Source: Eledone cirrhosa
Taxonomy: Eukaryota
DNA length: 64,000 bases
Reading direction: 5' to 3'
Assembly (NCBI GenBank): GCA_964016885.1
Contig: OZ024740.1
Coordinates: 250,356,001-250,420,000 of the forward strand
The translations under genes were made by a program, and so were the position numbers. This document shows, piece by piece, positions 36,805 to 50,100 of this stretch; within the stretch, counting starts at the first letter, position 1, and each line of letters begins with the position of its first letter. The notes below the pieces were generated by a model, which saw only the letters and a program-made list of their open reading frames with translations, searched no databases and had not been told where the DNA came from.

Positions 36805-39800
36805 GGTAAAAGGACAGTGAAGGTACGCATTCCCAGCATCCCACCAGTAATGAACATATGGTGGCTGCTGGGATGCGTAATCGAGGAGGGGGACAGACAC
36901 TGCCCTCCTAGACATCAAAAGGACAGAGAGAGAGGACTGGTCCGGAATGGATTTGGAGATTCTTCTCCAAATGAAACCGGAGGATATGAATAACATCCCG
37001 GATTTTGCCGGCCTGCAGGATGGGACAACAATCCAACTAATGATTGACGGAAGAAGGCCACGCTGCTTCGTCTGCGGGGAAGCAACGCATCTTCAAGCCT
37101 TCTGCCCTCAGCGCAAAAATGCAGGGGGTCGCAAACTTCCTTTGTTGCCAACGCCAGTGTCAGCACGGAAAGCTACACCACCACCACCACCAAAAACAAC
37201 ATCAACAAAAACACGGACACCAACATCAAAAGCAGCCGGATCACCACCAACACCAAAACCAATCCAAGGAGAAAACGAGGAAAGCTCTCACACTCCCCCT
37301 ACCCCCCAAATTATACACATAGACAAAACAATAAACGCACACACAGACACAGAGACACTCACAGACACAGACCCTTTGTCTTCCAGCAGCGAAGATGAAG
37401 GAAAACCCAAAAGTGCAAAAAAACAGAGAAAACTCACAAAAAAAAAAGCCCCAACAAAACACAAAAACACACACAACAAAAAATACAGACACCACTAACG
37501 CAAACACTTCCCCAATAACATCATCACCAACAGCAACATCGACACCACCTCCACAATCCCCGAAACGCAAACAACCTAAACAAACACAAGTACAAATAAA
37601 CACACAAATACCTGAAATTGCAGACACCACACCTACAACAAACATAGACATACCCGAAACAACACCACCAAAACCATCGCCACCACCTTCACCAAAACGA
37701 AAACAAATAGAACCACACCAACAAAATGTTAAAAACTTCGTGCTTGTCAGAAGGGCCAACGATAAACTGATGGCCCTCTTAGCGCGAAGCGAGGACATTC
37801 AAACAGAGGGGGAGATTTTTGAAATGAGCACATTTTGCGTGCCAGAAGATTTGCTTCTGGTCCGAATGTCACTCAATTCCTTCAAAGAAATTCGAGAGAG
37901 CTTTCCTCAAGACGTGGGAAACCCGAATGTGAAACCCACATCAAGACTTTTAAAGGGGTTCCCAAAAGAAACCCCACCAACCATGGAGGTCGAACCACCC
38001 GACCTTCACAAGACCCGGGAGGTAAGTAAACCTTCCCTCTCTCTCTCTTAGCTTACCAATATGGCCATATTAAGAGTAGGAAGTTTAAATGTTCGCGGCC
38101 TGGGGTCACCCTGGAAGCAGGGTTGCCTGCTCAACGACCTCCGGTCGCTGGAAATGGATGTTATTGCCGTAAGCGAGACCAGAATTTCCGACACGCGAGC
38201 ACTAGCCCCCATTTTCGACGACTATCAGATCTTCGCATCTGTTAGCAGGCCGGGAATGGGGAGTGGGGTGGCAGTGCTGTTTAGGAAAGGACTGGATCTC
38301 GAGGTAAGGTCGATCTTCCGGTGACGGACGGTAAGTTGGTGGTCTTGGATGTGAGCAGTAGCGAAGGTGGTGCCTTTAGACTGCTGGCCGTCTACGCCGC
38401 TACAGGGGCCGGACGACCTGACTTCTTTAGGCGCCTGGAGACCTTTCTGGGTACGTCTCGCCCTTTACTGTTAGCGGGGGACTGGAATGGCATCTTAGAC
38501 GCACGCTGGGATTGTGTGGGAGTAGCCGATAGGAGCGGGGAGTGCAAAAGCCTCAAGCACCTACTCAGCCAGTTCCAACTGTCTGACAGGTATCGACTAG
38601 ATTTCCCCAATGTGCCAGTGTGGACATGGACCAACCGAATGGGGTCATCTAGATCGTATATAGACAGGATCTTCATTAGGAAAATAGATAGAAATAGTGT
38701 GGGCTGTCCACTTTTTAAAACGGTCGCCTATTCAGATCACAAATTTGTGATCTGTACGGTCGACCTAAATAAAACGCGTAGGTTAGGACCGGGTTACTGG
38801 AAGCTGAACATGTCATTTCCGGCACGTAAGGCTTACAGGGACCGAGTCAACAATTTAGTTAAGCAAAAGTTGACAGGAGGGATCATCAACAACAGATGGT
38901 GGGGGGCTCTCAAAAGAGAGATTAGAGTAACTTCGATAGAGTTCAGCATAGAAGTAGCGTTAGAGAAAAATAGAAAGGAGGGGGAGCTGGTAGATAAGTT
39001 AGACGAGGCTATTTGTAGTGGCATCGCAACTGACGTGCTAGCGGCGAGAATGGCATTAGACCATTTCTTCAATGCCAAACACGAAGGTTGCATTGTCAGA
39101 GCTAAGGCGCGTGCGCTGAGAAACGAGGAAACTAAAGCTGTTCGATGGGCCCGCGTGGCGGAGGCGCAGCGTGGTAATAAAATCACAATTCGGTCTTTGG
39201 CGGACCGAGACGGACACGAGATAAGCGATTCCAAGCGGATGTGTGAGGCCTTTCGCCAGCACTTTGCTCGGTTGTTCAGGGAGAGTGGCGAGTCAGAGAG
39301 AGTAGCGGATTTCAGTCCCTACCTTGACGGCTTGCCGCGCATCTCGACGGTCGACGCTGAGCGCTGCGAAAGGCCGATTACTTCAGCCGAAATTCAGGAC
39401 GCCCTTGTCGGCTGCATGAGGCGCAAGTCACCCGGTTTGGATGGCCTGCCCTACGAGCTTTACGTAAATATGCCAGACTTGTTCTCCGAACTCCTCGAAG
39501 CACTCTACTGCAACTGGCAGCAGAATGGGAGTATTCCCAGTTCTGGGAGCAGGGGAGTGGTGACGCTGATAAGGAAAGACGAGAACAAGATGGATACATT
39601 AGACAACTTCAGGCCCATAACTCTGCTCAACACAGAGTTTAAGATTTTGGCCAAGGTGTTAGCAAAGAGATTGGCGCTTGTCGTCGAGGATTTGGTTGGG
39701 GAGGCGCAAACTTGCGCAATCCCAGCCAGGTCCATACACGACAATCTCCACCTCATGCGATACATCATAGAGAGGGTAGGGTGTAAACCTGGCTTCGGTG

Positions 39801-41744
39801 GGGCACTGATCAATTTAGATCAATCGAAAGCATTCGATAGGGTCGACCATCGGTACCTGGAGTTTGTCCTCAAAGCAGCTGGCTTCGGCCCTGTCTTTAG
39901 AAGCTGGATCGTTGCAATGCACAGCGGCACACGCTCGGTGGTCAAGGTTAATGGCCACCTCTCGGAACCATTTCGGGTCTCCCGATCGGTCCGTCAAGCG
40001 TCCCCTCTCTCTTCCCTTTTGTACGTATTGACTCTCGAGCCCTTACTGCGGAAGCTGGAGCTGTTGTAGGGCATCCCGCTCGAACCGGGACGTGGAAAGG
40101 CGGTGTCGGCTTATGCGGACGACATCACCGTGATGGTGTCGAACACCTCAGAAATCGAGGTGGTCGGCACCTTATTGAAGGAATATGAAAGGTTGACAGG
40201 AGCCAAACTTAACCCGGAAAAGTCGGTGGGCTTGCAGCTCGGAACCTGGAGAGGCAAGCCCATGCCGTCCAACAGCGTCGTGGGGCGCTGGACGGACGGA
40301 CCGGTAAAGTTGCTCGGGGTTTGGTTCGGACCAGACCTCCAGGTGGAAAAAGAATTGGGACGAGGTAACGAGCAGAGTAGCCAGTCTCACCCAAAAATGG
40401 GCTGCGAGGAAGCTATCACTGAAAGGTCGCGCGGAGGTGGCGAATGCGTACATCGCGTCCGTCATCTACTACCGCCTAACCGTCGTGCCTTGCCCCCGTC
40501 CGCGCCTCGTCAAGTTGGAACGGCTCCTCTTCAAATTCTTGTGGAGGGGACAAGTTCCGTTGGTGAGGCGGTCAATCTGCTGCCAGCACCCTCTACGCGG
40601 AGGGCTGGGCATGCCGTGGCTAATGATGCGCAGACATGCGTTGAGGCTGCGACATCTCCAGATATTCTGCCTCAATGGTGAACAGGTGTGGTCGCCGTTT
40701 ATCAGACGGGCCTTTCCGCAGCTCATTTCTTTGACTGAGCTGCAGTCCTGGGTCAAGAAGAGACCGAGACTGGGTGACTGGCACCTGGAATGTTGCCAGG
40801 CACTTACTGCCCTCTACCAAGCGGGCAATGCGATCAGTGGAACTTCCACTCTCGAGTTCTATAGAGGATTAGTGGTGGGCAAGTGCGATGACGCACTCGG
40901 AGAAGCTTTGGGCCTCGACGAAGTCGAACTGACCAGTCTGTACCGGAGGACTTTTGAGCCGGGGACGATGGACAATTTCCAGAAATCCCTCACTTGGCAG
41001 TGCTACCGGGGGGCACTGCCGGTTCGGGATAAACTCTACAGGCACGGAAGTGCTGTCAGACGGACCTGCCCAAGATGCGCACAGAACGACGAAACCGTTC
41101 TGCACGCACTTGTCCAGTGTCCGTGCATTACTGACTTGTGGAGTTATGTCGAACAGCTACTGTCGCGTGTGGAACGAATCCGGCTATCGGCCGAGTCCAT
41201 AGTGAAGATCGAGCCGCCGCCTTCCTTAGGTCAGGAAGAGCAGGACATTTTCCTCTGTCTGGTGGACCAGGTTGAAAGGACTAAAGACAGATACTTTTCT
41301 CTTCGGCCAATCCCTCATCAACTTCTTCAAGTTTCACCTGGAAAGGAGCGTGAGAGTGGAGAGAGAAGTGCTGCCCCCACTACATTTGCTAAAAGGTGGG
41401 TGAATGTGGCCAGAATGGCTCGTGTGAATGGGCCTACTCTGACCATGCGCCTATAGGCTGGCTAACTTGAGGATAGGGGTGCTCTCCTGGGTGCCCTAGA
41501 AGCGCAGGGTGGTTCAGGATTGGTGGTGTACCCGAATCACCCCAGGGTCGTCCACCCCCTATCGGGGAATTTATTTTGTTATATTTATGCATAGTTTATT
41601 TAATATTTTTATATTTTCATAGTTAAATTAGTCTTGCCATTGTGCACTTTTACTCGACCTTATTGTAAACCCCCACTGTCCCTGTCTTTGTATTGTCCCC
41701 TACATGTCGGCCCTTGTGGCTAATAAATGAAACCATTATTATTT
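36805..41744 (+). mobile_element. Tx1-like F2 copy truncated within ORF1; ORF1 ends 38051; ORF2 38061-41456 interrupted
   Basis: CFVCGEATHLQAFC knuckle; GSLNVRGL, AGDWN, YIDRIF, YSDH endonuclease motifs; RT with YADD; C-terminal Cys/His finger. Confidence 0.93.
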
Positions 41745-41889
41745 ATTTTTTTTTTTTTTTCTTATATAAATAATAAAAATATTTACACGCACAAAACCCA
41801 CATCGTACCGTCTGTACCGTCCTGTGCTGTCTGTAATGTTTTTCTTGATGTCAGCCCTTGTGGCCAATAAAGAAATCATTATTATTATT
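41745..41889 (+). mobile_element. 3' tip of an F3 copy
   Basis: Matches about 46300-46427; ATT tail. Confidence 0.8.
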
Positions 41890-44800
41890 GGTTGGTGAAG
41901 CCACGCTTCTTATCGCCTCCAGTCTTTTTCAACGTTTTACCTCTTTTTCAACCGTTCTAAACCTTTTATTCAAGTTTTAAATTTGATAAAAGTTTAGAAG
42001 AAGTGACCCACCTAATACAGGGGTTCACTAGTAAATAATACGGCACCCCTTTACGGGGCGTCGTATTCGTATTTGTGTAAAAGTACTTTTTGAAAAATTT
42101 CAACATGGATAACACAAAAAAGAGAGAGAGCGCTGTCAGACAACACAGAGAGAGGGAGACTTTATCAGCATGTCAACAAGACAGCGTTCCAGCGGAGGTA
42201 AATATAAACGAAAATATTACAAAGGAAAAAAAGATTGTTACAGATTTAAAATTAACAAATATTTCTAACACAAACAACACCAACAATAACACCAACAACA
42301 TCACCAACAACAACACCAAAAATAACAGCGGTAAGGTCGAGAACGACAATAACAAAAATAACAGCGGTAAGGTCGAGAACGACAATAACAATGACAATAA
42401 CAACAGCCACAACAACAATAATAGTAGGAACAGTATCAACAAAAACAACAATAATAACAACAGCCACAATAACAGTAACAGCAGCAACAGTATCAACGAA
42501 AACAACACCAACAACTGTAACAGCGAAAAGAACAACAATGACACCGATACCTGTAATAGCGACCTCAGCACCACCAGTAAGACCAGTAGCGGCAGCAATA
42601 GTGGTGCTGCTGAAAAAGGGACCACTTCTTTTGCAGGTGTCCCCCGAAATATCGAAACAGTGTTAGTCACAGAGGAGGAGATGGCAGTCGCAAGGGCCAT
42701 GGTGACAAGAAGCGCAAATAGAGTTTCCCTGAAACCTCCACCCGATTTTTTCAAGGACCAGCAGCTACGAACGGTGAATTACCGCACCGTAAGCAAAATC
42801 TCACATCGAGTGGAGAGAGCCACGGAGGCTCAAATCCCAAAGGCCTTGGGGTGCGTCTGGGCACGCAAAACCCACATCACCCGAGGCAGAAAGTACGCCA
42901 CAGTAGACGTACTTTTCACCACCTCCCAGGAAGCAAAGTCTCACTCTTTGGAAACCCTAAAGAGTGAGGAGTTAGTCTTGGTGCTCTCCTACTGCGGGCA
43001 GAAAATTGTGAGGGTCAAAGTGACCCAGGTCCCACCGACGTGCCCATACCTTGGCTGGCCGCGTCTGTCCTTGCTGGAATTGAGAACAGGGCGACCATGC
43101 TGCAAGTAGAAAAAATAGGGAGAGAGAACTGGTCAGGTATAGGCATGCAAATGCTTATACAAACTGACCAGGAAAGTATCGAGGCTATCCCCGATATCAT
43201 AGACTTTGAGGAAGGACTCCAACTCCCTATAAGTGTAGAAGGAAGACGGCCAAAATGTTATCTCTGTGGGTCGAAAGGTCACCTCAGGGCCTTTTCCCCG
43301 CAGAAGACACCGAAGAGGGCCCCTCTCCTTCCAATACCTGGTCGGCTGCTACCAAGAGCAGGACAGACAACAAACGAAGAAGCCCCTTCCACGGTGAGTA
43401 GGACGGCAACGTCCGTAGCACCCGTACCAAGGCCACGGATAACTAAAGCAGCATCATCAGTAGCGGCAACACCAATAGCTACATTTGAAATAGCTACACC
43501 AGCAACAACATTGCCAAAGAGGGCTCCACTACCACCACCAACAGCCATGGAGCACATACCCCTCCCAGACGCCACGGAATCCGACATGGAGTTTGAGGCG
43601 GGAGTGACGTGGCAAACAGTCTGCCACAAAAAACAAAAAAACAAAAAACCCTTAGATTCACCCTCCAAAAGCGAAAGCATACAAAGAGGGGTAAAGGCAG
43701 CAAGGAAACTTGCAGCAACACCACCACAAACACCAACAACGCAAACACAAGACACACACATCAAACAGCAACAAGAAGAAAACGGCAACAAAATCACCCC
43801 TCCCTCCAAAAAGTACACAGCCATAAACATAGCAAAAAAAAAACTCATAAAATATATAAAGCAGCGCACAGACATCACGGAAAAAAATTACTACACCCCA
43901 CCAACACCAAGAACTCTCCCGTCAAACATAAGCATCATCGAAATCTTATTAGAACAATACAAACCTTTAAAACAAAAATTCCCCAACGCAGTTGGAGATT
44001 TCAGAGGAACGGTTACCAAGTGGATATACACTGACATCCTCTTGGAAACACCCATGACCAGCGAAAGGGACGGTTCTACTGTCCCTTCACCACATGAACA
44101 AGGTAAGTGACTCTTTCTCATTTGCCCCGTTTCTCATCCAACATGGCTGTACTCAGAATAGGAAGTATAAATGCACGTGGCCTGGGGTCATCTTGGAAGC
44201 AGGGTCACCTGCTCAATGACCTCAGGTCACTAAACATAGATGTGGTGGCAATCAGTGAAACCAGAATCTCCGAGCACGGGCCTTCGCACCGATCTTCGGC
44301 GGCTACGATGTATACGCATCTCCCAGCCGTCCAGGATCGGGGGGAGGGATTACCGTCCTTTTTCGGAGAGGCTTGGATCTCGCGATACGGGCCATCTTCC
44401 TGGACCCAGAAGGTAAGTCGGTGGTGCTGGACGTGACCGGCAGCGAAGGCAATGCTTTCAGGCTAGTAGCCGTCTACGCCCCAACAGGGGCAGGACGGCC
44501 AGATTTCTTCAGACGTCTAGAGACCTTTCTTGGAACGTCCCGCTCTTTAGTGTTAGTGGGTGACTGGAACGGTATCTTGGATGCACGCTGGGATCGTGTG
44601 GGGCTAGTGGATAGGGGAGGAGGGTGCAAGAGCCTCACCAACCTGCTCAGACGTTTTGAACTGTCTGACAGGTATCGACTGGATCACCCGAATGTGCCAA
44701 TGTGGACATGGACAAACCGCATCGGGTCATCCAGATCGTATCTAGATAGGGTATTCTGCAGGGAACTAGATAAGGCTAGTGTAAGTTGTCCACAATTTAA

Positions 44801-46427
44801 AATAGTCGACTACACAGACCACAAATTTGTGATCTGTGAGATCGACATAGACAGACTTCATAGACAAGGGCCTGGTTACTGGAAGCTGAACGCGTCTTTC
44901 CCGGCGCGCAAGGCCTACAGAGACCGTATTAGTTAAGCGGGCGTTGACGGGAGCGGTCGTCAACAACAATTGATGGTTCGCCCTGAAAAGGGCAATTAAA
45001 GTAGAGTCAATTAGGTTTAGCAAAGGAGTACTGATAGAGGAAAATAGAGTAGAGGGAGAGCTAGTCAGAAAGCTAGAAGAGGCGTTTAGGATAGGCATCG
45101 CAACCGACGTGCTTGCGGCGAGATTGGCACTCGACCAATTCTTCAACGCAAAACACGAAGGCTGCGTTGTCAGAGCTAGAGCGCGTGCTCTGAAACACGA
45201 GGGGACAAAAGTCGTCCAATGGGCCCGGGTGACAGAGGCGCGACGTGGCAACAAAGTCACAATTCGGTCTTTGTGTGACGAAAACGGGTGCGTGATGCTC
45301 GAACCCGAGCGGATGTGTGAAGTTTTTCAGCAGCACTTTGCTGAACTGTTGGGGAGCGGCGGCGGCCCAGATCGGGACATGGACTTCAGTGCATACCTCG
45401 ACGGAATGCCTCGGCTCTCAGCGACCGCAGCACAGTGTTGCAAAATGCCAATAACAGCCGGTGAAATACGGGAAGCGATGGCTAACTGCACAAAAGGTAA
45501 ATCGCCAGGTTTAGATGGTCTGCCCTACGAGCTTTATGCATTTATGCCAGACTTGTTCAGTGACCTCTTGGCAGACGTCTACTGCAACTGGCAGCAGAAC
45601 GGGAGCATATCCAGTTTTGTGGGCCGGGGAGCAGTGGCGCTGCTGAGAAAAGACCCGAACAAGGGTGATGTTATTGATAATTTCAGGCCCATAAATCTGC
45701 TAAACGCAGAGTTCAAGATTTTGGCCAAGGTGTTAGCAACGAGGTTTGCGCTTGTCGTCAAGGGTCTGGTGGGAGAGGCGCAGACATGCGCCATCCCGGA
45801 CAGATCCATACACGACAACCTCCACCTCATGCGATACATCATAGAGAGGGTGGTTAAGGAACGTGGCAAGGGTGGGGCCCTGATCAACTTGGATCAATCC
45901 AAAGCATTCGATAGGGTCGACCATCGGTACCTGGCGGCGGTCCTTGAGGCAGCCGGTTTCGGGCCTGTTTTCAGGCGTTGGATTGCAGCAATGTACAGCG
46001 ACATCTGCTCAGTTGTGAGGGTGAACGGTCACCTGTCGCAGCCATTCAGCATCATGCGCTCAGTCCGCCAGGGTTGTCCCCTCTCGTCCCTCTTGGCTCT
46101 TTGAATATACGTCTATAGTTTGAGAAATGGAAAAATTGAGAGAGGGCGCTTGCCCCGGTGGTGAGGGTGGCCGTGGTCTTTTGTGTGGTTTTCGCCACGA
46201 GTAACCCTCGGAGGTTTCCCCCCTATTAGGGAATTTTTCATTGTTTCAATTTTTATTTTTATTGTTTATATATATATATGTTTCTATGTCCTTTCTTTTC
46301 TTTTCTTATATATATAATAAAAATATTTACACGCACAAAACCCACATCGTACCGTCCTGTGCCGTCTGTAATGTTTTTCTTGATGTCAGCCCTTGTGGCC
46401 AATAAAAAAATCCTTATTATTATTATA
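41890..46427 (+). mobile_element. Tx1-like F3 copy with both ends; ORF1 about 42105-44110; ORF2 from 44143, deleted from mid-RT (about 46100) to the stop
   Basis: Asn-rich ORF1 N-terminus, CYLCGSKGHL knuckle, endonuclease, RT up to QGCPLS, then a direct jump to the 3' end. Confidence 0.9.
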
Positions 46428-46617
46428 AGTATCCCCCTCTATTGGGGAACTTTTCATTGTTATTTTTTTGTTGTTACATCCACAGTTTTTGTTTTTTACA
46501 CGCAGAAATGCCCTTTTGTACCGTCCTGTATTGTCATGTACTGTCCTTAATCTCTACTCTATGTAAACCCTTGTGGTTAATAAAGAAAGCATTATTATTA
46601 TTATTATTATTATTATT
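46428..46617 (+). mobile_element. 3' UTR tip of an F1 copy
   Basis: Matches about 58610-58786. Confidence 0.82.
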
Positions 46618-47092
46618 GTTCTTTGAGTCTCAGTCATTGATGTTAGTTAACTGGAAAGTTTGTTGAAATGAATATCAAGCCACTACCAGCAGCCTCAGAT
46701 ATTCAAGACGTATCGGAGGGTTCTTGCTGTTCCCAGCAAGCATGCCTTTTGAATTATTATTATTATTATTATTGTTATTACTCTTTGAGTCTCAGTCATT
46801 GATGTTAGTTAACTGGAAAGTTTGTTGAAATGAATATCAAGCCACTACCAGCAGCCTCAGATATTCAAGACGTATCGGAGGGTTCTTGCTGTTCCCAGCA
46901 AGCATGCCTTTTGAATTATTATTATTATTATTATTGTTATTACTCTTTGAGTCTCAGTCATTGATGTTAGTTAACTGGAAAGTTTGTTGAGATGAATATC
47001 AAGCCACTACCTGCAGCCTCAGATATTCAGGACGTATCGGAGGGTTCTTGCTGTTCCCAGCAAGCATGCCTTTTGAAGCGTTCCAAAAAGCG

Positions 47093-47094
<2 letters not shown>
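46618..47094 (-). repeat. Three tandem 3' tips of R4/Dong family A, 162-bp period including an ATT spacer
   Basis: CTTTGAGTCTCAGTC at 46621, 46783 and 46945; matches 11286-11430. Confidence 0.9.
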
Positions 47095-47126
<32 letters not shown>

Positions 47127-50100
47127 GGCGACCTACGTAGTAAATCGTATTATCGTGAGCTCCGCAAAGGTTTGTTATTTTCAGTTGTTTAAAATTGCCA
47201 TTATTGGAAAATCTTTATTGTTAACTGTATATAAGTGAACATACATTGATTTCTGAAAACGACACTCAAAAAGATTGGGGCCTTGAGCCCAAAATTTAAA
47301 CTTTTATATTTATCAAACAAAAACATTTCTTTGAAAAATCATGGACGACTCACAGCCACACCTTCCTCACAAACTAACACCTCACACCGACACCACCATT
47401 GTAAATATTACTACGTTTGCCAACACTAAATATATAAGTAGTAGCAATATTTTAAATTTGTGTCATGCAGACATTCATTTCCCGCCATTACCAATGACTG
47501 CAGGTGTTGAAGCCGCCACACCCACCACCACCACAGCGACAACAGAAACAAAAGAAAAAATAAATTATCTCGTGACATCGAAATTAATTCAACCAAAATG
47601 AACTCTTCCACACCGAACACCACTGACGCCACCACCACCACAACTAAAACTAAAATTAACAATAACAAAAATAACGATAACAACAACAGCAACAATGAAA
47701 TTAAGAAAACACCCTTGTCTTTTGCCAGAGTAGTAAAAAAATGCGAAGCATTCCAGGTAACTCAAGAGGAATTAGAAGAAGCCAAAAAAATGGTAAAGAA
47801 AGATGGCTACAGGGTCAGGCCCCCCCCTCCCTAATAAAATGGAGCATCGGCACCTATGCACCGTGTCTTATCGGACGATTAACATAAAATCGCGCCTAGT
47901 GGAACAGGCATCCGAGTCCCAAATCCAAAAAGCTTTGGCAAAAAAAACCCACATCAGACGTGGGCAGAAATATGGAACCGTGGACGTGTTCTTTGGAACA
48001 CCACAGGAGGCCAGAGAAAACTCCATGGCCCCATTAAGCAGTGACGACTTCACACTCATCCCAAGCTATTGTGGCCAGAGACTCGTGAAATCAGGGTGAC
48101 CCACCTTCCACCGACCATCGAAATTCCCTGGCTAATGGCTGCCGTCCACGCCGGCATCGAAGCCAACACCAAGATAATTGAAATAGCGAAAGAAAAGCAG
48201 GAGAACTGGTCTGGATCTGAGATGGAGCTCCTGATCCAAGCGGACAAAAAAAGCATTGAGGAGATCCCAGAGGTAATAGACCTCACTGACGGCAGCCGCC
48301 TCACCGTAATCGTCGAGGGCAGAAGGCCTAGGTGTGTCGTTTGTGGTGAAGGAACCCACCTAAGGGCTTTCTGCCCTCAAGCTAAAAGGTTGAGGCCACC
48401 TCTCTTACCGAACCACAGTGACTCAACCATCAACACCACCAGCAGCAGAAATGGCAGCAACAACTGTAGCAGCAACAACAGAAGCAACTGTAACAGCAAC
48501 AACCCCAGCAACAGTAGCAAAACCAACACCACCACCACCCAACGCACCAGAACTAGCACCAACGCCTACACCATCCACCACGCCACAACCAAAACCAACG
48601 CCTGTGGAGGATTTTCCACTCCCCAACCTATCGCAACTGGAGACAGATTGTGACGACGAGGAGTGGGAAACGGTATCAGAAAAAAAGAAAAAAAGAAAAA
48701 AGAAAAAAGAAAAAAGAAGAAAGAAAAAAGAAAAAATCCCCTTCCTTCCCCCTCCAAAAACAAAATACAGAGGGAAACAAATAAACTATCAAATAAAAAA
48801 GTTAGGACAGCTATGCCACCATCCACACCAGCATCACCAACCCCATCACCATCATTAACCCCAATACCACCATCACCAATACCACAAAAGTCACCAAAAA
48901 GCGAAACAGAAACAAACCCACAACAAACGCAAACAAAACAAAACAACCAAAACGATACAGACTACACAGCAATAAATTTGAACAACAACCAATTATTACA
49001 CTACATGCAACACAACACCAGCATCACAGAAAAAGACTACACAACAACCCAAAAGTTCACACCACCTCCACACATACAAATCACTCGCATCACACAGAAA
49101 ACGTACACAACACTAAAACAAAAATTCCCCAAAGACGAGAATTAAGGTAAGTGGTCTTTCTCATCTTTTCCACTCCATTTCAACATGAAATCACTCAGAA
49201 TAGGCAGCATAAATGCGCGTGGCTTGGGGTCGTCATGGAAGCAGGGCCACCTGCTCAACGACCTCAGGTCACTAAACATAGATGTAGTGGCCATCAGCGA
49301 GACCAGAATCTCCGAAGCACGGGCCTTCTCACCGATCTTCGACGGCTACGATGTGTACGCATCTCCCAGCCGTCCTGGATCGGGGGGTGGAGTTGCTGTG
49401 CTTTTTCGGAGAGTTTTGGATCTCGCCATACGGGCCATCTTCCTGGATCCAGAGGGTAAGTTGGTGGTGCTGGACGTGACCAGCGGAGACGGGCAAGCTT
49501 TCAGGCTAGTGGCCGTCTATGCCCCGACAGAAGCAGGGCTGCCTGATTTCTTCCGGCGTCTGGAAACCTTTCTTGGAACGTCCAGCTCTTTAGTGTTAGT
49601 GGGCGACTGGAACGGTATCTTAGATGCACGCGGGGACTATGTGGGATTAGCGGATAGGGGAGGAGGGTGCAAGAGACTCACCAACCTGCTCAAGCGTTTT
49701 GAACTGTCTGACAGGTCCCGAATGTGCCAATGTGGACTCGGACAAATCGCATAGGGTCATCCAGATCATATCTAGATAGAGTATTTTGTAGGGAAATAGA
49801 TAGGTCAAGCATAGGCTGTCCACAATTCAAGATAGTCAGCTACACGGACCACAAATTCGTGATCTGTGTGCTTGACTTAGATAGGTTTCATAGACGAGGA
49901 CCCGGCTACTGGAAGCTAAACCCGTCCTTACCAGAGCGCAAGGCCTACGCTAATCCGGATTAGCGAACTAGTTAAGCGGGCGTTGACGGGGGCCATCGAC
50001 AACAAGTGGTGGTTTGTTCTGAAAAGAGCAATTAGAATAGAGTCCATTAGGTTTAGTAAGGCTTTAGCAATAGAGAAAAATAGAGCAGAGGGAGAACTAG

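Noticed and set aside
42173-42754. Hydrophobic Leu/Val-rich antisense ORFs (also 3893-4249, 54165-54755 and others)
   Set aside because: Antisense shadows of AAC/ACC-rich ORF1 sequence, not membrane proteins
46618-47126. CRISPR-like repeat/spacer pattern
   Set aside because: The units are retroelement 3' tips and the spacers are ATT microsatellite; no cas genes; eukaryotic context
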